Shown: positions 1 through 9,299 of the stretch, in pieces
Numbering within the stretch: the first letter of the stretch is position 1
Layout of the letters: each line of letters starts with the position of its first letter
Assembly: GCA_965223795.1 (NCBI GenBank)
Contig: CBDCXL010000002.1
Span: 3,104,001 to 3,168,000, forward strand
DNA length: 64,000 nucleotides
Origin: Nitrospinales bacterium
GTDB lineage: Bacteria > Nitrospinota > Nitrospinia > Nitrospinales > VA-1
Direction: 5' to 3'
Position numbers and translations under genes: made by a program
Notes under the pieces: model-generated
Databases searched by the model: none
What the model was told of the DNA's origin: nothing
Seen by the model: the letters and a program-made list of their open reading frames with translations, nothing else

Positions 1-1
1 T

Positions 2-244
2 TTCAGCAGCTCTTCTTTTATTCAGTCTTTTGCAGACAGGCTGGATAGGGCGATCGTCAACCAGCTTGCTTTCAGCCTCGTTGACAATGCTTTTGATGGT
101 GTCGATGAAATCGGCGACGGTGTTTTCGACACGGGAATCAATACCATTACGGTTGAGAGTCTGGGTGATTCCACGCTGGTCACGATTCAGGACAACGCAA
201 CGGGTGAGTCTTCCACTGTGGAGATTCCCACTTTTGCACCCTGA
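2..244 (+). CDS. csgF: Curli assembly/transport component CsgF, C-terminal part (5' end outside the window; not in the ORF track)
   Basis: Frame +2 is open from base 2 to TGA at 242-244: FSSSSFIQSFADRLDRAIVNQLAFSLVDNAFDG...GVFDTGINTITVESLGDSTLVTIQDNATGESSTVEIPTFAP*. The helix followed by the 'vtIqDnaTGesStveIP' tail resembles CsgF, and it lies directly upstream of csgG. Confidence 0.75.
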   Translation, partial: FSSSSFIQSFADRLDRAIVNQLAFSLVDNAFDGVDEIGDGVFDTGINTITVESLGDSTLVTIQDNATGESSTVEIPTFAP

Positions 245-368
245 GCTTCAGTGAATTCATGTTGGCTAACTTCTCTATTTTCTAACGGAAGGGATAAGGA
301 AATCTTTCTGCTTTTTTCTGGAGACAGACGGGACCGGGAGTGGAAAGAAAATTCTTTATAGGAAAACA

Positions 369-1550
369 ATGACAATATCTATTAAGAACCGTGCATTCAT
401 TGTTGTGTTGCTTGGTATTCTGATTGCTTCGGCTGGGTGTTCCGCTAAAATCCAGCCCATCCGGTCCAGTGAAGCAGTTGTGGGATACAACTCCCAGGTA
501 TCGGGTTTGCTCCATTCCCTGCCGGCACCGGAAGCAAAAATCGTGGTGGGTGTGTACAAATTCCGCGACCAGACCGGGCAATACAAGCCCGGCGGCGCCA
601 TCACGCAATATTCCACTGCCGTGACCCAGGGGGCGACTTCCATGCTGGTCAAGGCGCTGGCGGATGCAGGAAACGGGAGATGGTTCACGGTTCTTGAGCG
701 CGAATCGCTGCCCAATCTTTTGAACGAGCGGAAAATCATCCGGCAGACGAGAAAGCAGTATCTCAATAAAGATTCGGCGAAAAACGTTCCCCGGTTGCCG
801 CCTCTGCTGTATGCGCCCATCATGATGGACGGCGGCGTCATCGCCTATGAAAGCAATCTGCTCACAGGCGGCGCGGGAGCGCGGTATTTCGGAGCCGGCG
901 GCAACACGCAGTTCCAGCGGGATTCGGTGACGATTTATCTTCGGGCCATATCCGTTAAAAACGGACAGATCGTCAAATCCGTCCTCACCAACAAGACCAT
1001 CTTCTCCCTGGAAGTGGATGCCGGTTTGTTCCGGTTTGTGAGTTTCAAGCGCCTGCTGGAAATCGAAACCGGGTTCACCACCAACGAGCCGCCGCAGATG
1101 GCGGTGCTGGAAGCGATCGAAAAAGCCGTGTACGCCATGGTGATCGAAGGGGTCATGGAAGGACTCTGGAATTTCCAGGATCCACAGGCTGGAAAGCAGT
1201 TTATCGAGGAGTACCTGAAAGAAAAAGATCCCAATCTGGTTGCCAAGTTTGACGAGAAGGGCAACTACATGGGAGAAAACTATGTCCGTCCCGTCAGCGT
1301 GAACAAGCCTTTAAAGAACGGACAAAATGTCGGCAACAAGAAAGTCATGAAAGCTGCTCCCCCAGCTCCACCAGCTCCGGCGGCTTCTCCATTGGCGGAC
1401 TCTTCAGAAATGGTGAAGGACTCGGGAGCACCTCCGTCCAACGGGAAACCCATCAGTCGTGGCAAACCGATTTCTCCACCCCGAGCGATTGAAGACAGCA
1501 TCCAAATCGAACCTCGCCCGCAGGATTACCGCAGACAGGGATTCAATTAA
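369..1550 (+). CDS. csgG: Curli secretion channel CsgG (outer-membrane lipoprotein) with a Pro-rich C-terminal extension
   Basis: Lipoprotein signal (SAGC) and CsgG motifs VGVYKFRDQTGQYKP, STAVTQGATSML, WFTVLERESLPNLLNERKIIR, YESNLLTGGAGARYFG and EIETGFTTNEP. Confidence 0.92.
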   Translation: MTISIKNRAFIVVLLGILIASAGCSAKIQPIRSSEAVVGYNSQVSGLLHSLPAPEAKIVVGVYKFRDQTGQYKPGGAITQYSTAVTQGATSMLVKALADAGNGRWFTVLERESLPNLLNERKIIRQTRKQYLNKDSAKNVPRLPPLLYAPIMMDGGVIAYESNLLTGGAGARYFGAGGNTQFQRDSVTIYLRAISVKNGQIVKSVLTNKTIFSLEVDAGLFRFVSFKRLLEIETGFTTNEPPQMAVLEAIEKAVYAMVIEGVMEGLWNFQDPQAGKQFIEEYLKEKDPNLVAKFDEKGNYMGENYVRPVSVNKPLKNGQNVGNKKVMKAAPPAPPAPAASPLADSSEMVKDSGAPPSNGKPISRGKPISPPRAIEDSIQIEPRPQDYRRQGFN

Positions 1551-1614
1551 CCGGCTCAAAATTTAAAAAGATACTTTGAGCAAATAACGGGTTCCATTAT
1601 AAAAAATTACAATA

Positions 1615-2163
1615 ATGGTTATGGTTAAATATAATGCCTGGATTATCAACGCCGCGTGGATGCTTTGGATTCTTTCAGGATGCTCGATTTCTAAAAATTC
1701 AAGAACGGCGCAAATTGTGGATCCCACGGTCGTGAAAAGACACATCGATGCGGAATATTCCACCGCGTTCAATGCCTGCGCGCATGCTCTTTTCACTCTG
1801 GGATACAGAATGCGGCAATACGATCGACAAAAAGGGATTCTTGTGGGGGCGAAGAATTCGGGCACTGTCGATAAACGGGCATCCCGGGATGCGCTGTTTC
1901 AACATGCGGGCGGAAATGGAGAGGCTCTAGTTATGGAGAAGATCCATTTACGCCTTGTGAGAACGGACAAGGCCGATGCCACGGCCGTTTACTTTCAGGT
2001 TATCGTGAACGGCAAGCCGGAGATTCAATACTCCATTGTCGAGTCGTTCTGGATCGTGGCGCAAAAAGAGGCCGTGCTGGAAAAGGGGGGCAGGGCTCCC
2101 GCCTCGTATGAGCCGGACTACCGAGCCATGCGAAACATGGCACTATCCAGAGTGAATTCATAA
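1615..2163 (+). CDS. Hypothetical lipoprotein
   Basis: Hydrophobic N-terminus with lipobox ILSGC; 182-aa ORF co-oriented with csgG. Confidence 0.6.
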   Translation: MVMVKYNAWIINAAWMLWILSGCSISKNSRTAQIVDPTVVKRHIDAEYSTAFNACAHALFTLGYRMRQYDRQKGILVGAKNSGTVDKRASRDALFQHAGGNGEALVMEKIHLRLVRTDKADATAVYFQVIVNGKPEIQYSIVESFWIVAQKEAVLEKGGRAPASYEPDYRAMRNMALSRVNS

Positions 2164-2217
2164 CGGAATACGGGAAGGTGTGAATTCCGGTCACGGTGTT
2201 TCATCGTTACTGCAAAT

Positions 2218-3024
2218 TCACTTTGCATCCTTCACGCAGCGGAAGCCGAGGGTCTTGCTGCGCAGGTTGGGGACCGTGGCGTTGCGGTACGTCAGGCTGA
2301 TGTCCTCGGCGTTGTTTCTCCAGTTGCCCCCGCGAATGACCTTGTACTTTCCTTTCTCGGGGCCGGTCGGATTCTCTTTCGGTGAAAACAGGTAGAATTC
2401 CGCCAGGTGCCAGTCGTGCACCCATTCGGACACGTTGCCCGAAAGGTCGTACACGCCATAATCCGATTTGCCGGTTTCGTAGGAACCCACCGGCGCGGTT
2501 TTGTTCAAAGTTTCGTTGAAGTTCACCCGCGTGGCGTCGGGCGTTTCGTCGCCCCAGGGGTATTCGATGGGTCGTTTGCCGCGCGCCGCCTTTTCCCATT
2601 CCGCTTCAGTCGGCAGACGTTTTCCCGCCCACTTGCAGTAGCTGTCCGCTTCTTTCCAGGACATGCCCGCCGCGGGTTGACGCTCTCCGCTGAAATCCGG
2701 ATCGTTCATGGAAACGGGTTTGCGGGCTCCTGTGGCGTCCACAAATTTCATGTACTCGGCGTTGGTGACTTCGTATTTATCGATGTAGTACGCATCGACG
2801 TGCACCCGGTGCGCCGGGTTTTCCGGGCCGAGGGTGTGCCGGTCTGTGTTCAATAGATCGACCGGATCCAGTTCCAGCAGGGACTTGCGGTTTCCCATCT
2901 CGTACATGCCAGCGGGTATCAGCACCATCGTGTCTTCGCCCGCGGACGCATCCGCGGATACGGTGTCCGCCGCCGCCATCAGCAGCCCGAACAGAGCGAT
3001 TCCAATATAAGCCGTTCTTTTCAT
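2218..3024 (-). CDS. Formylglycine-generating enzyme family (SUMF1/FGE-sulfatase domain) secreted protein
   Basis: Signal peptide from ATG 3024 (MKRTAYIGIALF); motifs YIDKYEVTNAEY, KRLPTEAEWEKAARG, YGVYDLSGNVSEW, RGGNW and GFRC. Confidence 0.9.
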   Translation of the reverse strand: MKRTAYIGIALFGLLMAAADTVSADASAGEDTMVLIPAGMYEMGNRKSLLELDPVDLLNTDRHTLGPENPAHRVHVDAYYIDKYEVTNAEYMKFVDATGARKPVSMNDPDFSGERQPAAGMSWKEADSYCKWAGKRLPTEAEWEKAARGKRPIEYPWGDETPDATRVNFNETLNKTAPVGSYETGKSDYGVYDLSGNVSEWVHDWHLAEFYLFSPKENPTGPEKGKYKVIRGGNWRNNAEDISLTYRNATVPNLRSKTLGFRCVKDAK

Positions 3025-3256
3025 GCTTTCCTCAAACAATGAACCATTTTACAAGTGTTTTGATTTATACACCCGGTTTTGCCTTGGCGCACTACCATAA
3101 ACAGGGGGTTTTGACCCGGCGCAACAGGCTGCGGCCGGTTTGATTTGACACACTATTTTATAAGGTATAGAATTTTATCATATCGTTGAAGATTTGTAAT
3201 TTCATTGGGATAGAGCCAAAGCCGCTGCGTTTCTTTGGAATTTCCCGCCGCCGACC

Positions 3257-3658
3257 ATGGACAAGCCCAAAAAAGAAACCCTTCTGAACCAGAATACAGA
3301 CTCGAAGCTGTGTCTGAACTGCGGGTTTCCCAACAGGACCAGCGACGCGCACTGCATGTACTGCCACACCAGCTTGCGCGAAGACGACGGCATCCTTTCC
3401 TGGATTCGGCAAACCTATTACATTCTCAGGTGGCGCTGGGAGCTCAAGCGCAAGCAGAAGGAAAAAGCGGCAAAACCCCAGGGCATGTCGGTTGCCAAAT
3501 CCGTGGGGTATTTTCTGGTGGGCGCCGCTCTGAGCGGTGTGGGCATTTTCGTGTTCACCGATGCGGTCGGCAGCCATTCATTCACACGCGCCATCATCGC
3601 CCTGCTGTTCCTCTTCTACGGGTTCTTCACCCTCAAGGCCCTGTTCAACAAAAAATAG
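3257..3658 (+). CDS. Hypothetical membrane protein with N-terminal zinc ribbon
   Basis: CLNC-x10-CMYC, then two C-terminal transmembrane segments. Confidence 0.65.
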   Translation: MDKPKKETLLNQNTDSKLCLNCGFPNRTSDAHCMYCHTSLREDDGILSWIRQTYYILRWRWELKRKQKEKAAKPQGMSVAKSVGYFLVGAALSGVGIFVFTDAVGSHSFTRAIIALLFLFYGFFTLKALFNKK

Positions 3659-3716
3659 TTTCCTCTCTTCCAGCGTTCCGTTCACTCTGCCAGAATTCAA
3701 TCCGCCTCCATCCGCC

Positions 3717-4520
3717 TTAAGGATCGGGATCGATTTCCGCTATGATCCTTAAAGGACCGCCGCTGCCCCGGCCGATCTTCATGGGCAGGGCGATCACACG
3801 GAACCCTGTGGGCGGCAGCTGATTCAGATTGCAGACGTTTTCAAAGCCGGGAACGTTGGCCTTGCCGAAGATCCGGTGCGCCATAAAATCCCTGGATTGC
3901 CCCCTGTCCAGGCTGGGTGTGTCCAGACCGACGGAGGCGACGTTGCGTTCCGCGGTCAGAAATCGGGCAGCTTCGGCGCTGTATCCGGGAAAATGCAGGT
4001 TCGCCACGTCACCGGGCAAATCCGTGCCCAGGTATTTCTTTTTGTCCGGCCAGAACTCCTCCCAGCCCGTGCGCACCAGAACGATGGCCCCTGCCGGTAT
4101 TCTGCCGTGCTGCGCCTCCCAGGCGGTGAAATCCTCCTTGCGGATCAGATAGTCCGGCCGGTTGCGGGCGTTCCCGCTCACATCGACCACGATCCCCGGC
4201 GCGATCAGCCGGTTCATGGGGATGTCGTCGGTGTGCCATTTCCCCTCGGCGAAATGGGCCGGGGCGTCCAGATGCGTGCCGCCGTGTTCGGAGGCGCTGA
4301 TGTCGTTCGATTCGTACCAGTAGCCGCCCGGCGTGGGGCCCTCGTGGGTTTTCTCCAGCTTGAACGGCTTCCCGGTGGGCCAGTAGATGGTGGACGCGTC
4401 GAAGGCATGCGTCAGGTCCACCCAGCGTGGGCCCGCCTGCGCCAGCGGGGAGTTCGCCAGGAGGAACAGGGCCGCGGCGAGGGCGAGCCGGTTTTTGCTG
4501 AATAACGCCAAGACTTTCAC
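3717..4520 (-). CDS. Cyclase family metal-dependent hydrolase (kynurenine formamidase-like) with signal peptide
   Basis: EHGGTHLDAPAHF, VLVRTGW, GLDTPSLD and ALPMKIGRGSGGPLR motifs. Confidence 0.9.
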   Translation of the reverse strand: MKVLALFSKNRLALAAALFLLANSPLAQAGPRWVDLTHAFDASTIYWPTGKPFKLEKTHEGPTPGGYWYESNDISASEHGGTHLDAPAHFAEGKWHTDDIPMNRLIAPGIVVDVSGNARNRPDYLIRKEDFTAWEAQHGRIPAGAIVLVRTGWEEFWPDKKKYLGTDLPGDVANLHFPGYSAEAARFLTAERNVASVGLDTPSLDRGQSRDFMAHRIFGKANVPGFENVCNLNQLPPTGFRVIALPMKIGRGSGGPLRIIAEIDPDP

Positions 4521-4610
4521 GTCGCCTCCTCAAGCCGGAAAGAGGGGAAGAATCTTTTTGTGAACCCGTGTATCCTAATATAACACGATTGTATTGATCG
4601 GCCTTAAGCC

Positions 4611-7091
4611 ATGTCCACCACACAGACCCCCATCTCGAAACACATAAAGCTCCCCGTCAAAGGAATGAGCTGCGCCAGCTGCAGCGCGCGCATCGAGAAA
4701 AAAGTGGGCTCCCTCGCGGGGGTCGAAAAGGCCAGCGTCAATTTCGGCGCCGGGCAGGCCGACATCGACTTCGATCCCGCAACGGTCTCCCCGCAGCAGA
4801 TCACCGGCACCATTGAAAATCTCGGCTTTGAAATTCCCGGCGTGCGCCGGAGTTTCGCCGTGGAGGGCATGACCTGCGCCTCCTGCGTGTCCAGGGTCGA
4901 GAAAGCGCTCGCAAAGCAGGAGGGCGTGCTCGACGTCCAGGTCAACCTGGCTTCCGAAAAAGCGGTGGTGCACTACCTGCCCGCCCTGGCGGATGTGCAG
5001 GACTTTCAGGACCGCCTTCAGGAGATGGGCTACACCCTGCGTATCGAGGAGGCCGAAGAAGGGGCCGGGGAGCGGCCGGACCCGGCCGAACAGGAGCACG
5101 CGCTGCTCAAGCGCAAGCTCATCGTCAGCGCCGTCCTGAGCGCCGCCGTCATGGTGCTGAGCATGCGGCCGCCCGCCGCCCTGCAGCCAGGCTCCTTGCC
5201 GCATTTTTTGCTGCTGTTCGTGCTGGCGACGCCTGTGCAGTTCTGGGCGGGCTGGCAGTTTTACCGCGGCGCGGCCGCGGCGCTCAGGCACGGATACTCG
5301 GACATGAACACGCTGATCGCCGTGGGCACCACCGCCGCCTACGGGTTCAGCGCCTTCGCCACGTTTTTCCCGGACACGCTCAGAAAACTCGGCCAGCAGG
5401 CGGTGGTGTACTTCGACACTTCGGCGATGATCGTGACGCTGGTGCTTCTGGGCCGCTGGCTGGAAGCCAGGGCGAAAAGCCGGACCTCCGATGCGATCAA
5501 AAAACTGATGCAGCTTCAGCCCAAGACCGCACGGGTCGAACGGGCAGGGGAGGAGACCGAGATTCCCATTGCCCAGGTGCAGCCCGGAGACACGGTGGTG
5601 GTGCGGCCGGGAGAAAAAATTCCGGTGGACGGGACGGTCCTGGAAGGGGCGACGGCGGTGGACGAATCGCTGGTCACCGGAGAGAGCCTGCCGGTGGAAA
5701 AACAGGCCGGCGATTCTGTAGTAGGTGCGAGCCTCAACACGACCGGTTTTTTCAAGCTCAGGGCGACGCGGCTCGGCAAGGATTCCGTGCTGGCGCAGAT
5801 TATAAAGATGGTCGAGGAAGCCCAGGGCTCGAAAGCGCCGGTGCAGCGGCTCGCCGACAAGGTCGCGGGCATCTTCGTGCCTGTGGTCATCGCGTTTGCG
5901 GTCCTGGCGTTCGCCGTCTGGTGGGGCTTCGGCGAGAAGCTCGCGGTGCTGCCCGCCACGCCGTTTCTGTTCGCGCTGATGATCTTCGTCGCCGTGCTGA
6001 TCATCGCCTGTCCCTGTGCGCTGGGGCTCGCCACGCCCACCGCCATCATGGTGGGGACCGGCCGCGGCGCGGAACTGGGCATCCTGATCAAGGGCGGCGA
6101 AACGCTGGAGCAGGTGCAGGCGCTCGACACCGTGGTGTTCGACAAGACCGGCACCCTCACCTGGGGGCGGCCGGAGGTGACCGACGTGTTTTTGGAAGGG
6201 CAGGCGGATCTGTCCGCGGACCGGCTGGTGCAGCTCGCCGCTTCCGTGGAGAAGGGATCCGAGCATCCCCTGAGCCAGGCGGTGGTGCGCGAGGCGGAGC
6301 GCCGCGGTCTCAAGCTGCTTCCCGTCGAGAACTTTGAGTCTAAGCCCGGCTTCGGCGTGCGCGGCCAGGTGGACGGACTGGACCTGCTGCTGGGCAATCC
6401 CAAATTGATGCAGCAGGAGGAAATCGATTATTCGGCGCTCAGGGAACGGATCGAGGAGATGGCGCGTCAGGGAAAAACCCCGATGATCCTCGCCCTCGGC
6501 GGCAAAGCGGTGGGCGTGCTGGCGGCGGCGGACACGGTGAAACCCAATGCCGCGGCGGCGGTGCAGCAGCTCAAGGACCTGGGTCTCGACGTGGCGATGA
6601 TCACCGGCGATCATGTCCACACGGCGCAGGCCATTGCCCGGCAGCTCCACATCGACACGGTGCTCGCGGAGGTGCTGCCGGAAGGCAAGGCGGATGAAGT
6701 GAAGCGGCTGATGCAGGAAGGCCGCGTGGTGGCGATGGTGGGCGACGGCATCAACGATGCGCCCGCACTTGCGAGCGCGCACACCGGCATCGCCATGGGC
6801 TCGGGCACCGACGTGGCGGTGGAAGCCTCGGACATCACGCTGATGACCCAGGACCTGCACGCGGTCGCCGACGCCATCGAGCTGAGCCGCAAGACGCTGG
6901 GGAAGATCCGGCAGAACCTGTTCTGGGCCTTCTTTTACAATGTATTGGGAATCCCCCTCGCGGCGGGGGCGCTGTTTCCCGCCTACGGGATCGTCTTAAA
7001 ACCGATCTTCGCCGCGGCGGCCATGTCGCTGAGCTCCGTTTCGGTGGTCGGCAACGCGCTGCTGCTCAAACGGTTTCAACCCCGCAGGTAG
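4611..7091 (+). CDS. copA: Copper-translocating P1B-type ATPase
   Basis: Two HMA domains (GMSCASC, GMTCASC), [36 protein letters not shown] and MSLSS Cu(I)-type motifs. Confidence 0.95.
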   Translation: MSTTQTPISKHIKLPVKGMSCASCSARIEKKVGSLAGVEKASVNFGAGQADIDFDPATVSPQQITGTIENLGFEIPGVRRSFAVEGMTCASCVSRVEKALAKQEGVLDVQVNLASEKAVVHYLPALADVQDFQDRLQEMGYTLRIEEAEEGAGERPDPAEQEHALLKRKLIVSAVLSAAVMVLSMRPPAALQPGSLPHFLLLFVLATPVQFWAGWQFYRGAAAALRHGYSDMNTLIAVGTTAAYGFSAFATFFPDTLRKLGQQAVVYFDTSAMIVTLVLLGRWLEARAKSRTSDAIKKLMQLQPKTARVERAGEETEIPIAQVQPGDTVVVRPGEKIPVDGTVLEGATAVDESLVTGESLPVEKQAGDSVVGASLNTTGFFKLRATRLGKDSVLAQIIKMVEEAQGSKAPVQRLADKVAGIFVPVVIAFAVLAFAVWWGFGEKLAVLPATPFLFALMIFVAVLIIACPCALGLATPTAIMVGTGRGAELGILIKGGETLEQVQALDTVVFDKTGTLTWGRPEVTDVFLEGQADLSADRLVQLAASVEKGSEHPLSQAVVREAERRGLKLLPVENFESKPGFGVRGQVDGLDLLLGNPKLMQQEEIDYSALRERIEEMARQGKTPMILALGGKAVGVLAAADTVKPNAAAAVQQLKDLGLDVAMITGDHVHTAQAIARQLHIDTVLAEVLPEGKADEVKRLMQEGRVVAMVGDGINDAPALASAHTGIAMGSGTDVAVEASDITLMTQDLHAVADAIELSRKTLGKIRQNLFWAFFYNVLGIPLAAGALFPAYGIVLKPIFAAAAMSLSSVSVVGNALLLKRFQPRR

Positions 7092-7216
7092 ACCTTTGCA
7101 TAAGCCGGGTGTACCCGAACCTGATTTTTCCCATGTCACCCTGAGCTTGTCGAAGGGTGTCGAATCATGCTTCGACAGGCTCAGCATGACAGGGAAACGA
7201 CTTATGCAAAGATCTC
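7090..7216. mobile_element. MITE-like element: terminal inverted repeats enclosing a REP-like palindrome (core 7134-7191)
   Basis: Left end AGACCTTTGCATAAG overlaps the copA stop; right end CTTATGCAAAGATCTC. The core tgtcaccctgagcttgtcgaagg...cttcgacaggctcagcatgaca recurs at 31239 and 44627. Confidence 0.7.
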
Positions 7217-7300
7217 CAGGGGGGTGAAACAATGGGGCCGTCTGTCCATTCCTGTCGAAAATCGCTTGATTTGTGTGCCTGTGTGGGGAATGATAGGCGC

Positions 7301-7711
7301 ATGAGAAAGCGTTTTTTCCTGTCAGGCGTTCTGCTCCTGGTTCCGCTGCTTGCGGCGGGCTTGGCTTATGCCGGCGGGCATTCCGGCCACCATCACGGGG
7401 ATGCGGTGTCTCCGTTTGAAAAACAGGGGCTGCCTGTGCATTGCGCCCTGATGGGCCATTCGGTGAACAAACCCTGTCCCCATATTCTGCGTTCCACCGA
7501 ACGCACCGGCAGCAAGCCGGTGTTCCTATCGGCCGGCTGTGAAGGCTCGCCAGGCGCTGCCGGCGGCACCGGTTACGATACCGTGACGCCGATGGGCGAG
7601 ATCGTTCCCGACTTCCACACGCAACTGAACGCAACGCCAGCCGGATTCAAGAGTCCGTTTTCTTCTTCCTCAATTCCCACTCGCATCGAGCACCCGCCCC
7701 GCTCCGTCTGA
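7301..7711 (+). CDS. Small secreted His/Cys-rich protein ending in IEHPPRSV; candidate metal-sensing leader/arrest peptide
   Basis: Signal peptide MRKRFFLSGVLLLVPLLAAGLAYA, then HSGHHHG, HC-x10-CPH, and a C-terminal HPP motif. Confidence 0.6.
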   Translation: MRKRFFLSGVLLLVPLLAAGLAYAGGHSGHHHGDAVSPFEKQGLPVHCALMGHSVNKPCPHILRSTERTGSKPVFLSAGCEGSPGAAGGTGYDTVTPMGEIVPDFHTQLNATPAGFKSPFSSSSIPTRIEHPPRSV

Positions 7712-7877
7712 CCCAGACTCACGTTTGACTCAAAGCCCGGTTTTGGGAGAACCGCCCGTGGATGATTCCGCGTTGCGTCAGCCTGTGCCGATCCGTATTT
7801 ATGGCCGTCCATGACTCTCAGAGCATGCCTGATTTTCCCGAACACGGGTAAACGTTTTCGTTTGTGGGGAGGTCATC

Positions 7878-8318
7878 ATGAATAACCGATATGCGCGGGC
7901 ACGGGTTCTGTTTACCATTGCAGCCCTGCTCGTACTGGGATGGGGTGCCGCTTCCGATGCCGCGGTGCAGCGGGGGCCTTTCAAGAATCGTCCCGTTAAA
8001 GTGTATTTTGTGGAAAGCGCCGATCTTAAAGCGTTGAAAGAGGCGTTCGTCAGCATCAACCTGCATCTGCGGGAAGAAGGCCGGTCGGGCAAAATCGATT
8101 ACAAAGTGGTGATCCACGGACCCACCGTCCGCTGCTTTGTGGCCGAAGGCATCGACCCGGAACTCTTGTACATGGTGCAGTGGTTTCAGGAAGAGGGCAT
8201 CGGGATCGCGTTGTGCGCGGAATGCGCCGAACAATACGGCGTCGCTCCCGGCTCGGTGCTTCCGGGGGTGATGTTGTATACTCCCAGGACAGCCGTGAGG
8301 CCGTCGGCGGCGCATTGA
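7878..8318 (+). CDS. DsrE/DsrF-like family protein with signal peptide
   Basis: RBS GGAGG; KVVIHGPTVRCF and GIGIALCAECAEQYGV resemble the DsrE fold. Confidence 0.65.
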   Translation: MNNRYARARVLFTIAALLVLGWGAASDAAVQRGPFKNRPVKVYFVESADLKALKEAFVSINLHLREEGRSGKIDYKVVIHGPTVRCFVAEGIDPELLYMVQWFQEEGIGIALCAECAEQYGVAPGSVLPGVMLYTPRTAVRPSAAH

Positions 8319-8414
8319 CGTTTTTGCGCGAAACCGGCGTCCGGGCTTGAAAACGGAATTCACGTCCCGGCTCGCCGGTTTGTTCGGTTTGTAATTTTGC
8401 AGAGGATTTCAACT

Positions 8415-9287
8415 ATGAAATCGAAATGGATTCCGGCACTGGCATCTCTCACCGGTGCGATGCTGTTTTTTGCGTTGACCGTGTTCGCGGAAGACTTCAA
8501 AGTCAAAAAACCGCCTGCGTCCCTCGATTCATTGTACCGGGATAAGGGCGTGGAGTCGAAATGGATTGAGCAGATGCGCCGCATCTCGGGCGCGTTCGAC
8601 GGCGTGCGGGTGGCGGCGGAACAGAAGGACTGGACCGGGGCCGAAGCGAACGCCGGTGCGTTTTTGAAGCATTATCGCAAAGCCGCCGAGTGGGTTCCCG
8701 AATGGAAGGATTATTTCGATTTTGAAGCGGGCGAACGGTTCGTGGAAGCGGTGAAAACCCGTGAAGCGGCGCGGGTCGGGGAAGCGGCGAAAAAAGTCGC
8801 GGCGAGCTGCGACCGCTGCCACCTCGACAACAGCCTCGCGGTCTGGGTGCGCTACACCTGGCCGGAAACGCGGCGCATCCGGATCACCGATCCCGTCGAA
8901 GATGCGGAGATGGAGTACCACGACTACATGCGGGTCCTGTCGAAGTCGTTGCGGGGGATCACCTACAATTTTGAAAAGGGCGACCACAGCCGTGCCTGGA
9001 AGCACGTCTTTCAATTCAAGAAACGCCTGGTGGAGCTGCGCTCGGTGTGCTCGAAATGCCACGTTTCAGAATGGACCAAGAACGGCGGTTCGGTGAAACA
9101 GTTTTTCGTGGGTGATGCCGTTGTCGACGCGGTGGACCGCGTCAGCAAACTGTTCGCCACCGGCGAACCGGACCCGCAAAAATTCTGGAAAGAGATCGGC
9201 GGCATCAAGCGGCACTCCTGCCGGATGTGCCACCTGATCCACCAGCCGGCGGTGCACATCCGCAAAGCCTGGAAAAAAGAGCCGTGA
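8415..9287 (+). CDS. Periplasmic triheme c-type cytochrome (cytochrome c'-like helical domains)
   Basis: Signal peptide; three CxxCH motifs (CDRCH, CSKCH, CRMCH), each at the end of a helical-looking segment. Confidence 0.85.
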   Translation: MKSKWIPALASLTGAMLFFALTVFAEDFKVKKPPASLDSLYRDKGVESKWIEQMRRISGAFDGVRVAAEQKDWTGAEANAGAFLKHYRKAAEWVPEWKDYFDFEAGERFVEAVKTREAARVGEAAKKVAASCDRCHLDNSLAVWVRYTWPETRRIRITDPVEDAEMEYHDYMRVLSKSLRGITYNFEKGDHSRAWKHVFQFKKRLVELRSVCSKCHVSEWTKNGGSVKQFFVGDAVVDAVDRVSKLFATGEPDPQKFWKEIGGIKRHSCRMCHLIHQPAVHIRKAWKKEP

Positions 9288-9299
9288 GCGTTTGCCGCT

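Noticed and set aside
4575..6860. 761-aa minus-strand ORF, and similar long antisense ORFs (10791-12392, 16206-17828, 18042-19646, 37373-39505, 55167-56546)
   Set aside because: They are shadows of well-supported genes on the opposite strand, expected from GC-rich codon bias, and carry no motifs.
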